Part shown: piece by piece, positions 9,821 through 20,042 of the stretch
How positions within the stretch are numbered: position 1 is the first letter of the stretch
How the letters are laid out: each line of letters begins with the position of its first letter
Source: Candidatus Omnitrophota bacterium
GTDB lineage: Bacteria; Omnitrophota; Gorgyraeia; Duberdicusellales; 4484-171
Direction: 5' to 3'
DNA length: 64,000 nt
Assembly: GCA_016935525.1 (NCBI GenBank)
Contig: JAFGQU010000013.1
Span: 26,523-90,522, forward strand
The notes under the pieces: generated by a model
Told to the model about the DNA's origin: nothing
Database searches by the model: none
Seen by the model: only the letters and a program-made list of their open reading frames with translations
Program-made: the position numbers and the translations under genes

Positions 9821-11116
9821 ATGATTAAAAGACGTATTTTTTCATTTTTTTATGACAGTATATTTTTTCTGGGAGTAATCGTATATCTGCCGGTTTATTT
9901 TAAACGGAAAAAGATCACCTGGTCGGCGTTTAAAGAGAAATGTGCGGTGTACCCGGAAAAAGCCAGATCGATCGCGCCGAAAAACAGGAAAGTCGTCTGG
10001 ATCCAGGTGGTAAGTGTGGGCGAGGTGACGTTGATCCGGTCGTTAGTCGAATATCTTAAAGCTCAGGGCGAAAGTGACGTGGTGATTTCGGTGACCACAT
10101 TGACCGGGCGTAAGGTCGCCGAGAAGATGTATCCGGGGAACCTGGTGGTCTATTTGCCTTTTGATATCAGTTTCCTGATCCGCCGGGCGATACGGTTCAT
10201 TAAACCGGCGGTATTCGTCGCGATCGAGACCGAGATCTGGCCGAACCTGTATCTTCAACTTAAAAGGGAAAATGTCCCGGTCATCATTTTAAACGGCCGG
10301 ATATCGGAAAGAGCTTTTGCGCAATACCGTAAAATAAAGTTTTTCATGAAAAAGATATTGAACCTGGCTGAGTGTATCGGAGTACAAAACCAGTTTTATA
10401 AAGAGCGGTTTCTCGAGTTAGGGGCGGACATCGAGAAAACCATTATTACCGGCAACCTTAAGTTCAGTAATTACTCTATCGATGAGAAAAAGTACGCGGC
10501 ATTTGTGGAAAAATATTATCCTTACCTGAAAAACGACGATTCGCTGCTTTTTTTAGCGGCAAGTACCCACGCGCCTGAGGAGACCTATGCGCTTGATTGT
10601 TATAAAACACTTATTGTCCGTTATCCGAATCTGCGGTTGATGGTAGTGCCCCGGCATATCGAACGGGTTGACGAAATAGAGCGTATTTTTGCCGCGGCCG
10701 GGTTCCGTACGCTTAAACTGAGCGAAGGATTTAAGGGCGGAACATCGTCACAGGATGTGTTTGTCGTCGACACCGTGGGTGATCTTCTGGCTTGTTATAG
10801 TATGGCTGATTTCTGTTTTGTGGGAGGGAGTCTTGCCGATTACGGCGGACATAATATTCTTGAACCGCTGTATTTCGCTAAACCGACTCTGTTCGGCCCG
10901 TGTATGAGTAATTTTAAAGAGATCGAACAGACGGTCCTTGATCACCAGGCGGGTATTCAGGTCGCACATAGCGAAGATCTCCGGGAGAGACTTGAAGAAT
11001 TGATACAGGATGTATCGTATCGCCAGAAACTTTCAGGTAACGCCCATGCGATTTTTACCGAAGGGCAGGAAACTTTAAAAAACAGTGTCGCATGTATTCG
11101 TCGTTGGTTGTATTAA
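9821..11116 (+). CDS. waaA: 3-deoxy-D-manno-octulosonic acid (Kdo) transferase
   Basis: VSVGE, YLPFD, ETEIWPN, NGRISE, TGNLKF, AASTH..EE, PRHIER, GGSL...GGHNILEP. Confidence 0.93.
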   Translation: MIKRRIFSFFYDSIFFLGVIVYLPVYFKRKKITWSAFKEKCAVYPEKARSIAPKNRKVVWIQVVSVGEVTLIRSLVEYLKAQGESDVVISVTTLTGRKVAEKMYPGNLVVYLPFDISFLIRRAIRFIKPAVFVAIETEIWPNLYLQLKRENVPVIILNGRISERAFAQYRKIKFFMKKILNLAECIGVQNQFYKERFLELGADIEKTIITGNLKFSNYSIDEKKYAAFVEKYYPYLKNDDSLLFLAASTHAPEETYALDCYKTLIVRYPNLRLMVVPRHIERVDEIERIFAAAGFRTLKLSEGFKGGTSSQDVFVVDTVGDLLACYSMADFCFVGGSLADYGGHNILEPLYFAKPTLFGPCMSNFKEIEQTVLDHQAGIQVAHSEDLRERLEELIQDVSYRQKLSGNAHAIFTEGQETLKNSVACIRRWLY

Positions 11117-12114
11117 AACAAAAATATTTAGGGCTTATCCAGGAGAAAAACCGTACTCCTCTCGGTCAGGCGTTATTTTTGGTATTGGTCGGGCTTTCCG
11201 GTATTTTCTGGATATTGGTCAAGGCGCGCGGCCTTTTTTATGAAAAAGAAGTGTGTAAGACGTATCAGTCCGAAAAGAGGATCGTCAGTATCGGGAACAT
11301 ATCCTGGGGCGGGACCGGTAAGACCAGTTTAACTCTGTATCTTTATAAAACACTGCAGGTCCCGGTAAGGGCGTGTATTATTACCAAAGGGTATGCTAAA
11401 GACGAATATGCTCTTATCCGGCGTAGTACAAAAAGTGTATACGATTCCCGTAACCGGATACGGATGATCCGGCGTCTCGAAAAAGAGTATGACCTTTTCC
11501 TTCTCGATGACGCGTTCCAATATCGCGGATTGGCTCGGGACCTCGATATTGTCCTTATCAATAAACAGGAGATCATTACCAGACCCCGGCTTATACCGGC
11601 CGGGCCGTTACGGGAACCGTTCAGCAGTCTTAAGCGTGCCGATATCGTCATCGTATCGTATTGCAGTAAAGAGGATTTAGCCGGTATTTCTCCTCGTATA
11701 GCGCGGATCAATAAAAATGCGGCGGTGTTCGCCGCCGATTATAAAGTGACCGGTCTATTGGACCATAACTTGAAGAGAGTACCTCAGGAATATTTGAAAG
11801 GTAAAAAACTGGGAGTACTTACCGCGATAGGATATCCTCAAGGATTTTTAGATAAAATACACGGGATCTCTTATGAGCCGTCCCGGGTATCGGTATATCC
11901 CGATCATTATGAGTTTAGCGGCGAACATCTGCGGGAAATCGAACGGGAATTTTTAAAAGACGGTATCGAAAATGTCTTGATCACGTATAAGGATTATTAT
12001 CATACCGATTTTTCCCGTAAAAGGCTTAACTATTTTATCGTGCAGGTGGAACTTATTATTCATGACGAGGAGAAGTTTTTAGAAGTCGTCCATAACCGTA
12101 TAAGATCTTTATAA
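11092..12114 (+). CDS. lpxK: Tetraacyldisaccharide 4'-kinase
   Basis: SIGNISWGGTGKT, LDDAFQ...L.RDLDI, PAGPLREP, YPDHY. Confidence 0.9.
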   Translation: MYSSLVVLKQKYLGLIQEKNRTPLGQALFLVLVGLSGIFWILVKARGLFYEKEVCKTYQSEKRIVSIGNISWGGTGKTSLTLYLYKTLQVPVRACIITKGYAKDEYALIRRSTKSVYDSRNRIRMIRRLEKEYDLFLLDDAFQYRGLARDLDIVLINKQEIITRPRLIPAGPLREPFSSLKRADIVIVSYCSKEDLAGISPRIARINKNAAVFAADYKVTGLLDHNLKRVPQEYLKGKKLGVLTAIGYPQGFLDKIHGISYEPSRVSVYPDHYEFSGEHLREIEREFLKDGIENVLITYKDYYHTDFSRKRLNYFIVQVELIIHDEEKFLEVVHNRIRSL

Positions 12115-12119
12115 TCGCG

Positions 12120-13931
12120 ATGGCCAGGCTATTGTTGAGATTAATAAATGTATTTGTGCATCTTTTACCGCGTCCGGCGGCCCGGGCGTTAGGCGGGATG
12201 ATCGGCTTTTCCTTTTACCGTAACCGCCGCAGACGCCGGAACGCGTTTATCAATATCAAACAGGCGTTTCCCGAAAAAAGTAATCGTGAGCTTTTCTCGA
12301 TCATCCGCCGCAGTTTTATCTCTTTCGGCGTGAGTATTATCGAGACGTTCCTGGTCGAACAGATGAAAGAAGAAGTAACCCGGCAATGGTCGGAAAAAAT
12401 GACTCAAACCGGGGAGATATTCGTCGGGCTCCATCAGGGGAACTGGGAATCGTATCATGCGGATTTCGCGCGTACCGCGCCGCTGGCATTACTGGCAAAA
12501 GCGCAGAGATATTCAGTGCTTGACGATTATTTGAACGATCTGCGCAAGACCCATCTTGTTACGGTGTGTTTTTCCCTGAAAGAGGCGATCGCGGCTCTTA
12601 AAAAAAATATGTGGGTCGGGCTGGTCATCGATCACGGCGCGGAAAAAAACGCCCGGTTCGTCGATTTTTTCGGCCAGCTGGTGCCTACTCCGGGAGGAGC
12701 GGTGTCGCTCGCGAAAAAATTCGATAAACGGATTTTCCCGACGTTCGGGTATCGTAAGGGGAAAGAGCAGATATTCGTCATCGATGATCCCCTGGATTGC
12801 CGGGATCTTTCCGAAGAGGAAGCCTTACGTAAGATCAATGAAATGTATGAAGAGTTTTTAAGGGCGCATCCTTACGAGTATATGTGGTGGTTTAAACGGT
12901 TCAAACGGAAAAAGAACCGTAGTATCCTTATTTTGAGCGATGGTAAAGCCGGGCATCTTAAACAGTCTTTCGCGTTGAGTAAAAAAGTGGAGGAAGCCGG
13001 GTACCGGGTGGCTACCGAGACCGTAGAGGTAGCGTATCGTCACCGGTGGTCCCGGGCGGGCCTGGATATCGTTGCTTGTTTCAGTTCGCCCTGGGCAGTA
13101 GGTAGAACAAGAGCGTTGCGGTTCTTTCTTAAAAAGGAAATATGGGAGAAGTTAGAGAAGAGGTTTTACGATATTGTCATCTCTACCGGTTCAAGCGTGG
13201 CCGCGGCGAATGTGTTGTATGCCCGGTCACTGGGAGCAAAATCGTGCGTGATCTTAAGACCGAATGTTCCGTTAGTTAAATTCGATACAGCGCTCGTGCC
13301 CGAGCATGACGGGATAAAAGGGAACAATGTGATCACGACTAAAGGGGCGTTAGCCTATTTCGAACACTGGCAGGAACATGTGTTACGCGGGAAGGAGCAT
13401 TTCCGGTTTACCGAAGAGAAAAAGATCGCGGTATGTATCGGGGGGGCGCTCAATGACCACGGGCAATATCGTGAACGTCTCGGCATGTTCCTTGCGGCGT
13501 TAAAAGAATACGCTCTTAAACATCAGTACAGAATCGTCCTCACCACGTCGAGACGTACCGAAAGGCTGGTTGATGAGATCATCGAACGTGAACTTTCCTC
13601 ATTCCCCAATACTGAAGCGCTCCTCCTGGTAAGTCGCGAGAATCATCCGTTTGTAGTGCCGGCGTTTCTCGCGGTAAGTGAAATAGTCTGTGTGAGTGCC
13701 GAGAGCGTATCGATGATCTCCGAAAGCCTCTCCCAGGATAAAACAACGGCAGCGGTGTTTCTTGAAGACCTGAAATCGAAACCGCATCGGCGGTTTCTGG
13801 CATCACTGGAGAAAGAATATCTGAATTTTTTAAAGTATCCTTATGGCCAGTTTTCGTTCCGGCACCCGACGAGGTCGCTTAGGGCGCAGAACGAAGAACG
13901 GCTGGCGGAGGCGGTAACGCGGTTGTTATGA
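12120..13931 (+). CDS. Fusion: lipid A acyltransferase (LpxL/HtrB-like) + ELM1/DUF1022-like GT-B fold domain
   Basis: N-half H-x4-E (HQGNWE), VDFFG, P.EYMW..KRFK; C-half ILSDGKAGH..QS, PEHD, TTSRRT, ESVSMISE. Confidence 0.75.
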   Translation: MARLLLRLINVFVHLLPRPAARALGGMIGFSFYRNRRRRRNAFINIKQAFPEKSNRELFSIIRRSFISFGVSIIETFLVEQMKEEVTRQWSEKMTQTGEIFVGLHQGNWESYHADFARTAPLALLAKAQRYSVLDDYLNDLRKTHLVTVCFSLKEAIAALKKNMWVGLVIDHGAEKNARFVDFFGQLVPTPGGAVSLAKKFDKRIFPTFGYRKGKEQIFVIDDPLDCRDLSEEEALRKINEMYEEFLRAHPYEYMWWFKRFKRKKNRSILILSDGKAGHLKQSFALSKKVEEAGYRVATETVEVAYRHRWSRAGLDIVACFSSPWAVGRTRALRFFLKKEIWEKLEKRFYDIVISTGSSVAAANVLYARSLGAKSCVILRPNVPLVKFDTALVPEHDGIKGNNVITTKGALAYFEHWQEHVLRGKEHFRFTEEKKIAVCIGGALNDHGQYRERLGMFLAALKEYALKHQYRIVLTTSRRTERLVDEIIERELSSFPNTEALLLVSRENHPFVVPAFLAVSEIVCVSAESVSMISESLSQDKTTAAVFLEDLKSKPHRRFLASLEKEYLNFLKYPYGQFSFRHPTRSLRAQNEERLAEAVTRLL

Positions 13932-15982
13932 GAGTGTTACAGATATTGCCTAAGATGAATATCGGAGGAGTGGAGAAAGGGGTGCTTGATTTTTCTTCTT
14001 ATTTTAAATCGGACATGGTCGTCGTCTCCGGCGGAGGAAGATGGGTGAAAAAGCTGGAAGAGGCCGGGGCGAAACATTATACCCTTTCGGTATACCGGAA
14101 ATCTCCGGTAAGTATTTTCTCAATCGGAAAATTGCGCCGGATAATCAAAGAAGAAAAGGTCGATATCGTCCATGCCCGTTCACGCGTGCCGGCGTGGATC
14201 GCTTTTTTCGCGACCCGGGGATTAGACGTCCCTTTTATGACTACCGCGCACGGAGCCTATTCGGTCCACAATTTCAGTGAAGTGATGGGGTGGGGTAAAT
14301 TCGTGATCTGTCCTTCGAAAAGTATCATCCGGCATATGATGGACAATTTCGGCGTACGTGAAAATAAAGTAAGGCTTGTCCCGCGGTGGGTAGATCTTGA
14401 TAAGTTCACTTTTAAACCGCAAACAGACCGGCGCCTGTGTAATTCGATCCTCAGTATCGGGCGGATCTCTCCTTCAAAAGGATACGAATACCTGATCGAA
14501 GCGTTCCGGAAGATCGCCCGGCATAATCCCTATTTGACCCTGACTATTGTCGGAGAAGCGGAACCTTCCAAAACGAAATATTTTCAATATTTAAAAAGTC
14601 TGGTCACACGATACGCTTTAAATTATCAGGTGCGTTTTCTGGGGTACCGGGAAGATGTCAATGAACTGCTCGATACCGCCTTCGCTTTGGTGATCCCTTC
14701 GGTCGTCGAAGAAGCGTTCGGCCGGGTGGTCGTTGAGGCGTTTGCCGCTGGCGTTCCGGTAGTCGCCACACGCATGGGAGCGTTGGAGGAGATCATCGAA
14801 CATCGTCAAGACGGGATCCTCGTGTTTCCCCGTAATGCCGACAGCCTCGCCGAAGGGCTTTTAGAGATCGTAAATAACCCGCCGCTGGCCCAGAAGCTCA
14901 TAGAGAATGCCCGCAGAAAAGTCGAAACCCTTTATTCTTTTTCCCATTGTGTGCGGGAGGTGGAAAAAGTATACCGGGAAGTGGTGCGTCATAAAAGAAT
15001 ACTGGTGATGAAGATATCTTCTTTAGGAGATGTGATCCTTTCGATCCCTTCTTTGAAAGCGATCAAAGAACAATGTCCCGACAGCGAACTTGTATTGCTT
15101 ACTCTCAAGAAGTACTCGTCTCTGTTCTACGGGTGTCCGTATGTCGATAGAGTTATCGGCCTTGACGCCGACTATAAACGGTTGCGTAACATCGTCCAGT
15201 TAAGCCGCTCTTTGAGAAGAGAGAGTTTCGATTACGTGATCGACCTGCAGAATAACCGCGCTTCCCACCTGATCGCTTTTTTGACGTTACCGCAGAAGTC
15301 GTTCGGATATTCCCGGAAATGGGGCAGATTATTGACGCATAAGGTTCCGGTATCGAAAAAGAGTGTTTCTCCTTTAGAATCTCAGGAAAAGATATTGAAC
15401 GCGGCCGGTATCGTTTTGACCGATAAAAGGCTCAGGTTATGGGATATGAACGTGTCTCAGCCTCAAAAATGGGAATTCTCCGATGAAGCCTGTATCGGTA
15501 TTAATATGTCGGCGTCGGTAAAGTGGCAGACTAAAAACTGGCCGTTGGCGCATACCAAGAAACTTATCGAATTGATCTTAAGAGAATTCCCTAAAATGAA
15601 GGTCGTATTGCTCGGTGACGAACATAGCGTAGCTGAATCTAAACTACTGGAGAAGATCGCGCCGCATTCGGTGATCAATCTGTGCGGAAAGACTACTCTG
15701 GGGGAACTGGTCGGTGTCCTTGCCCATGTAAAGATATTCATCACTCAGGATACAGCCCCTTTACACCTTGCCTGCGCGTTAGGGATCAAAGTGATCGCTC
15801 TTTTCGGCCCGACAGATCCGGATCGTCATACGGTAAAAAGCGATTATCTCCATCTGGTGGTGAGGAAAATACCCTGTTCATTCTGTTATAAACCGGTATG
15901 TAAAGATAACGTCTGTATGACCAAGATCACTCCTCAGGAAATAATGATGAGAATACAGAGTATATTAGGTAAATCAGGTTAA
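13928..15982 (+). CDS. Fusion: GT4 glycosyltransferase + GT9 heptosyltransferase-like domain
   Basis: GGVEKG, HARSRVPAW, EAFGRVVVEA (GT4); then KISSLGDVIL, IDLQ, K.WP, DTAPLHLA, LFGPT (GT9). Confidence 0.85.
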   Translation: MRVLQILPKMNIGGVEKGVLDFSSYFKSDMVVVSGGGRWVKKLEEAGAKHYTLSVYRKSPVSIFSIGKLRRIIKEEKVDIVHARSRVPAWIAFFATRGLDVPFMTTAHGAYSVHNFSEVMGWGKFVICPSKSIIRHMMDNFGVRENKVRLVPRWVDLDKFTFKPQTDRRLCNSILSIGRISPSKGYEYLIEAFRKIARHNPYLTLTIVGEAEPSKTKYFQYLKSLVTRYALNYQVRFLGYREDVNELLDTAFALVIPSVVEEAFGRVVVEAFAAGVPVVATRMGALEEIIEHRQDGILVFPRNADSLAEGLLEIVNNPPLAQKLIENARRKVETLYSFSHCVREVEKVYREVVRHKRILVMKISSLGDVILSIPSLKAIKEQCPDSELVLLTLKKYSSLFYGCPYVDRVIGLDADYKRLRNIVQLSRSLRRESFDYVIDLQNNRASHLIAFLTLPQKSFGYSRKWGRLLTHKVPVSKKSVSPLESQEKILNAAGIVLTDKRLRLWDMNVSQPQKWEFSDEACIGINMSASVKWQTKNWPLAHTKKLIELILREFPKMKVVLLGDEHSVAESKLLEKIAPHSVINLCGKTTLGELVGVLAHVKIFITQDTAPLHLACALGIKVIALFGPTDPDRHTVKSDYLHLVVRKIPCSFCYKPVCKDNVCMTKITPQEIMMRIQSILGKSG

Positions 15983-15988
15983 GAAATA

Positions 15989-16092
15989 GTTCGCGCGTTC
16001 ACCCGTGCTCGCGTTTCCCGCCACAGGCGGGATTCCCGTTCAAAAGAACGGGTACACGGGCGAACGGGAAAACGGGCTAACTCGACTATAGA
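15989..16092. repeat. Inverted octamer array with nested CCCGCCACAGGCGGG hairpin
   Basis: ttcgcgcg ttcacccg tgctcgcg tttcccg ... acgggtac acgggcga acgggaaa acgggcta. Confidence 0.6.
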
Positions 16093-16098
16093 TTAAAT

Positions 16099-17157
16099 AT
16101 GAATATATTAATCTTAACTACTCATCTGGACCCGGGCGGGATCACCCGTTATGCCTTAAATTTAAGTGAAGAGTTATCCCGAGATCACCGGGTATGGGTC
16201 GCCTCCTCCGGCGGCTCCTGGCAGGATAGATTTTCCCGCTCCGGCGTAGGGTTTAAATGGATCCCGATTAAGACCAAATCGATACTGGATCCTAAGATCA
16301 TAGCCTGTTTTTTTAATCTTCTTCCGTTTTTGGTAAAAAATAAGATCGACGTTATCTGCGCCAATACCCGGGTTACTCAGTTTCTGGCTTACCTTATGTA
16401 TCGGGCCGGCGGGATCCCTTATGTTTCGGTATATCATGGTTTCTATAAAGCCCGGTATGAACGTAAAGTCTTAAAATTTCAGGGGGCCCGTACAATCGCG
16501 GTCAGTGAATCGGTAAAAAGACACCTGACCGAAGACCTGGGTGTCCCCTCAGAACAGATCCGGGTGGTCTATAACGGAATCGATCCGGCCCGGTTTGCGC
16601 CTCGTTCTAAAAAGCAGGATAGCCGGGGGAGAATACGGTTAGGTATTTTAGGCCGGATCTCGGCGGAAAAAGGGCACCTGTTGGTGGTCGAGACGGTAAA
16701 AGAACTTATCGCTGACGGCGTGAACGTGTCGTTATATATTGCCGGTGAAGGGAAATTGAAAAAGAAAGTCACCGAATACGTGACGAGGTGCGGATTGGAT
16801 GCGTATGTGGAGTTCGTTTCTGCCGACGGCGAGCGGTTCCTGGATATGATCGACATCCTGATCGTCGCTTCATCCAAAGAAGGGTTTGGCTATATTATTT
16901 TAGAGGCGTTTGCGAAAGAGGTGCCGGTAGTCGCCTACGCGGTAGGCGGTATCAAAGAGATCGTGAGCGACGGACAAAACGGATTGCTTTTCTGGCAGTA
17001 CAATGCCGGGAGTCTCAAAGAGAAGCTGGTAGAGATCATCAACGATTACGAATTACAACAACAGTTGGTAATAAACGGGAAAGGAAGTCTGAGCCGGTTC
17101 AGTTTAGAGCAGATGGCCAGAGAAACCGCCCGAGTGTTAGGGGAAACTTTAAGATGA
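16099..17157 (+). CDS. GT4 family glycosyltransferase
   Basis: GGITRY, VVYNGID, GRISAEKG, EGFGYIILEA, GGIKEIV..G.NG. Confidence 0.9.
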   Translation: MNILILTTHLDPGGITRYALNLSEELSRDHRVWVASSGGSWQDRFSRSGVGFKWIPIKTKSILDPKIIACFFNLLPFLVKNKIDVICANTRVTQFLAYLMYRAGGIPYVSVYHGFYKARYERKVLKFQGARTIAVSESVKRHLTEDLGVPSEQIRVVYNGIDPARFAPRSKKQDSRGRIRLGILGRISAEKGHLLVVETVKELIADGVNVSLYIAGEGKLKKKVTEYVTRCGLDAYVEFVSADGERFLDMIDILIVASSKEGFGYIILEAFAKEVPVVAYAVGGIKEIVSDGQNGLLFWQYNAGSLKEKLVEIINDYELQQQLVINGKGSLSRFSLEQMARETARVLGETLR

Positions 17158-17924
17158 TAAAAAGAATATTTTTTGCAGTCTTTGCGGTTTTGGCTGTTTT
17201 ATTTTTAGGGTTTTATATCTGGCTGTATCCGCAATACGAGGTGCCGGTCTTTATGTACCATTCGTTGAATGAAGCCCGGTTAGGTGAATATTCCGTCGTG
17301 CCGCTTGAGACTTTTCGTGCCCAGATGGAATATATCAAAAAGAACGGATATACGGTGTTGCGATTGGAAGAGTACTGCCGCCGGTTAAAAGAAGGCTTAA
17401 GTGTACCGCGGCATAGCGTGGTGATCACTTTTGACGACGGGCATCGTGATAATACGCGTGCGGTCGAGGTGCTGGACAGCCTGGATATCCCGGCAACCAT
17501 ATTCCTCATAGTCGATAAGATCGGAACCGAGGCCTATCTTACTAAAGAACAGGTCGTAGCATTTCTTCAAAATACCCCGGTCGATATCGGTTCGCACACG
17601 ATGAGCCATGCCTATTTACCGGACTTGGTCGATAGCGAAGTTTTCTATCAGATCAATGAATCTAAACATACCTTAATCGAAGAGTTCGGCGTGCCGGTTG
17701 AAACGCTCACCTATCCGGTAGGAGGGTTTAACGAAACCGTATTAAAAGAAGTAGAACATGCCGGGTACCTGTGCGCGTGCACTACGAACCGGGGATTTTC
17801 CAAAGAGAAACACCTGTTCGCGTTACGCCGGATCAAGATCACCGATCGTGACCGGGGGATAGCGCTATGGGCGAAACTGAGCGGGTATTATAACGTATTT
17901 AAAAAACCTAAAAATCCTTACTAA
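17154..17924 (+). CDS. Polysaccharide deacetylase (CE4, IcaB-like) with N-terminal membrane anchor
   Basis: PVFMYH, ITFDDG, IGSHTMSH, YPVG; true start at ATG 17154 overlapping the upstream stop. Confidence 0.88.
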   Translation: MIKRIFFAVFAVLAVLFLGFYIWLYPQYEVPVFMYHSLNEARLGEYSVVPLETFRAQMEYIKKNGYTVLRLEEYCRRLKEGLSVPRHSVVITFDDGHRDNTRAVEVLDSLDIPATIFLIVDKIGTEAYLTKEQVVAFLQNTPVDIGSHTMSHAYLPDLVDSEVFYQINESKHTLIEEFGVPVETLTYPVGGFNETVLKEVEHAGYLCACTTNRGFSKEKHLFALRRIKITDRDRGIALWAKLSGYYNVFKKPKNPY

Positions 17925-17929
17925 TGAAA

Positions 17930-18096
17930 AGTTACACGACACACGCCACACGCATGCCTGCTACGCAGGCCGTCACACGTTGCACGACACACGTCACATG
18001 TATTAATTCTTTCTCGACGTGTGACTATGTGACCTTGTGTCCTTGTGACTTGCCGAAGGCATACGTATGACGTGTGACCTTGTGACTATGTGACCT
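17930..18096. repeat. GTCACA/TGTGAC inverted 7-8-mer array, long copy
   Basis: (g[t/a]cacac)n left arm with GCCTGC..GCAGGC hairpin, AT-rich loop, (tgtgacyw)n right arm with TGCCGAAGGCA hairpin. Confidence 0.8.
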
Positions 18097-18103
18097 GCGT
18101 GTT

Positions 18104-19117
18104 ATGGAACGAGTACTCGTCGTCAACGTAAACTGGCTGGGTGACTGTATCATGACTTTGCCGGCATTCAGTGCCCTGAAGAAAGAATATCCCCACGTAT
18201 ATACCGCGGTAATGGCGCCGGGGCGGGTCGCCGAGATATTTGAAAAAGATCCTTCTATCGATGAGGTCCTGGTGTTTGACGAACGAACCACGCATCGGAG
18301 CCTGCCGGCGAAACTGCGGTTTATCCGTGCATTAAAAGAAAAGAGATTTGATACGGCGATATGTATCCATCGTTCGTGTACCCGTATATTGATCTGTCGG
18401 CTTGCCGGTATTCCCCGGAGGATCGGGTATCACCGCCGCAAGACTTCCTGGCTGATCAATCATAAAGTAAAACCGCCGGCAGGTACCGGGCATCGTCAGG
18501 ATTATTATTTGTGTCTTTTCGAAGCGGCCGCAATACCGGTAAAGACGAGGATTCCGCAGGTATTCATCGACGATGATGTGCGTCATCGTATGTATTACCG
18601 TCTGCAGAGGCCTGAGCATACGCACGCTCATCTTATCGGGGTACAGGTCTCGGCAAATTGGGACCAGAAACGCTGGCCGGCACAATCGTATGCCGAGTTG
18701 TGCGACCGGCTGATCAGCCGGTACTCCTGCGCGATATTCTTTGTCGGAACGCAAAAAGACGCCCCCGCGGTAAGCGCGGTCACCGAAAAAATGAAACGTA
18801 AGGATTTTTACGATTTTTGCGGACAGACGACTCTTTCCGAACTTGCCGCGGTTATGGAGAATTTTGATTTGTTTATATCCAACGATTCCGGGCCGGCGCA
18901 TCTTGCCGCGGCCGTCGGTATTCATACGCTTGTTCTTTTCGGTCCGACCGATCCGGAGGTCACCTCTCCGCGCGGTAAGTATGTCCATATCGTCAAAAGC
19001 GATGTGCCCTGCGTGATACCCTGTTATAAGACCGACTGTAAGGATAATTTCTGTATGAGCGGGATATCGGTCGATGAAGTGATAGAGACCGTACAGTACA
19101 TATTCGACAATGAATAA
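18104..19117 (+). CDS. waaF: Lipopolysaccharide heptosyltransferase II (GT9)
   Basis: NWLGDCIM..PA, KRWP, SNDSGPAHLAAA, LFGPT. Confidence 0.8.
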   Translation: MERVLVVNVNWLGDCIMTLPAFSALKKEYPHVYTAVMAPGRVAEIFEKDPSIDEVLVFDERTTHRSLPAKLRFIRALKEKRFDTAICIHRSCTRILICRLAGIPRRIGYHRRKTSWLINHKVKPPAGTGHRQDYYLCLFEAAAIPVKTRIPQVFIDDDVRHRMYYRLQRPEHTHAHLIGVQVSANWDQKRWPAQSYAELCDRLISRYSCAIFFVGTQKDAPAVSAVTEKMKRKDFYDFCGQTTLSELAAVMENFDLFISNDSGPAHLAAAVGIHTLVLFGPTDPEVTSPRGKYVHIVKSDVPCVIPCYKTDCKDNFCMSGISVDEVIETVQYIFDNE

Positions 19118-20042
19118 AGGGATTTTAATAAATTTTCCTACGAATATCGGCGACGTGATCCTCTCTCTGCCGCTTCTAGACCGGATCAGGAGCCTTTATC
19201 CGGACCGTCCGATTACGGCGATCGTATCGTCCCGTACCCGCGAATTTTTAGAAGCGCATACGTTCATCGATGAAGTGATCGTGTTTGATAAACATTGGCC
19301 GGGTAAAACCAAATTGCAATTCGCTTTCCGGTTACGGAATAAATTCGATATCGTGGTCGATTTAAAGAATTCGCTTCTTCCTTTTGTGATCGCGCCACGG
19401 TGGCGGACCCGGTTTATCCGGTTTTTTAAACCTACCCAGCATATTACTCACCGTTATCTATCGCTGATCTCAAAACTGGGGTTGCCGGCGGCGACCGTAC
19501 GCGGAGACGTGCGCATCGCGGCCGAAAAAAAGGCCCGCTGGGATGGGTTGAATCTGTCCGGCGCGGTAGGCGTGGGCTGTTCTTCACAGTTTTATCTGAA
19601 ACAGTATCCTTACGAAAACTTAAAACAAGTGATCGAAAGATTGCACGGCCAATATCCGGTCGTGATCTTGGGCGAAGAAAAAGAACGCGGGTTCTACCGT
19701 GATATCCTTGGCCTGCCGGGGGTGAGAGACCTTGTCGGGAAGACTACGTTGACCGATGTGTTTTATATTTTAAAAAATTTCTGCCGGGTTATGGTCGCGG
19801 TCGATTCCAGCCTCATGCATATGGCCGGATACCTTAATGTGCCGGTCATCGGGTTGTTCGGCCCTACCGCGCCGGGCCGGTCCTATCCGCTTTCGGAAAA
19901 ATCGGTAATATTACAGAACACCCATATCATGTGTGTCCCCTGTGACGGTACATTATGTGAGCATGAGAATATATGTATGAATATCGATCCCGAAACGGTA
20001 ATCGGGACGGTAAGAGGTATTATCGATGCTGAAGGAGCCTGA
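19110..20042 (+). CDS. GT9 family glycosyltransferase
   Basis: IGDVILSLP, VDSSLMHMA, LFGPT, CVPC. Confidence 0.88.
   Translation: MNKGILINFPTNIGDVILSLPLLDRIRSLYPDRPITAIVSSRTREFLEAHTFIDEVIVFDKHWPGKTKLQFAFRLRNKFDIVVDLKNSLLPFVIAPRWRTRFIRFFKPTQHITHRYLSLISKLGLPAATVRGDVRIAAEKKARWDGLNLSGAVGVGCSSQFYLKQYPYENLKQVIERLHGQYPVVILGEEKERGFYRDILGLPGVRDLVGKTTLTDVFYILKNFCRVMVAVDSSLMHMAGYLNVPVIGLFGPTAPGRSYPLSEKSVILQNTHIMCVPCDGTLCEHENICMNIDPETVIGTVRGIIDAEGA

Noticed and set aside
16788-17153. 122-aa N-terminal extension of the polysaccharide deacetylase in the ORF track
   Set aside because: It overlaps the GT4 gene out of frame; the real start is ATG 17154 with an ATGA overlap and a membrane anchor
17930-18096. 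CRISPR array interpretation of the GTCACA repeat blocks (also 34475, 44246, 63295)
   Set aside because: Units are 7-8 bp, degenerate and inverted, with no 23-47-bp repeats separated by unique spacers and no cas genes
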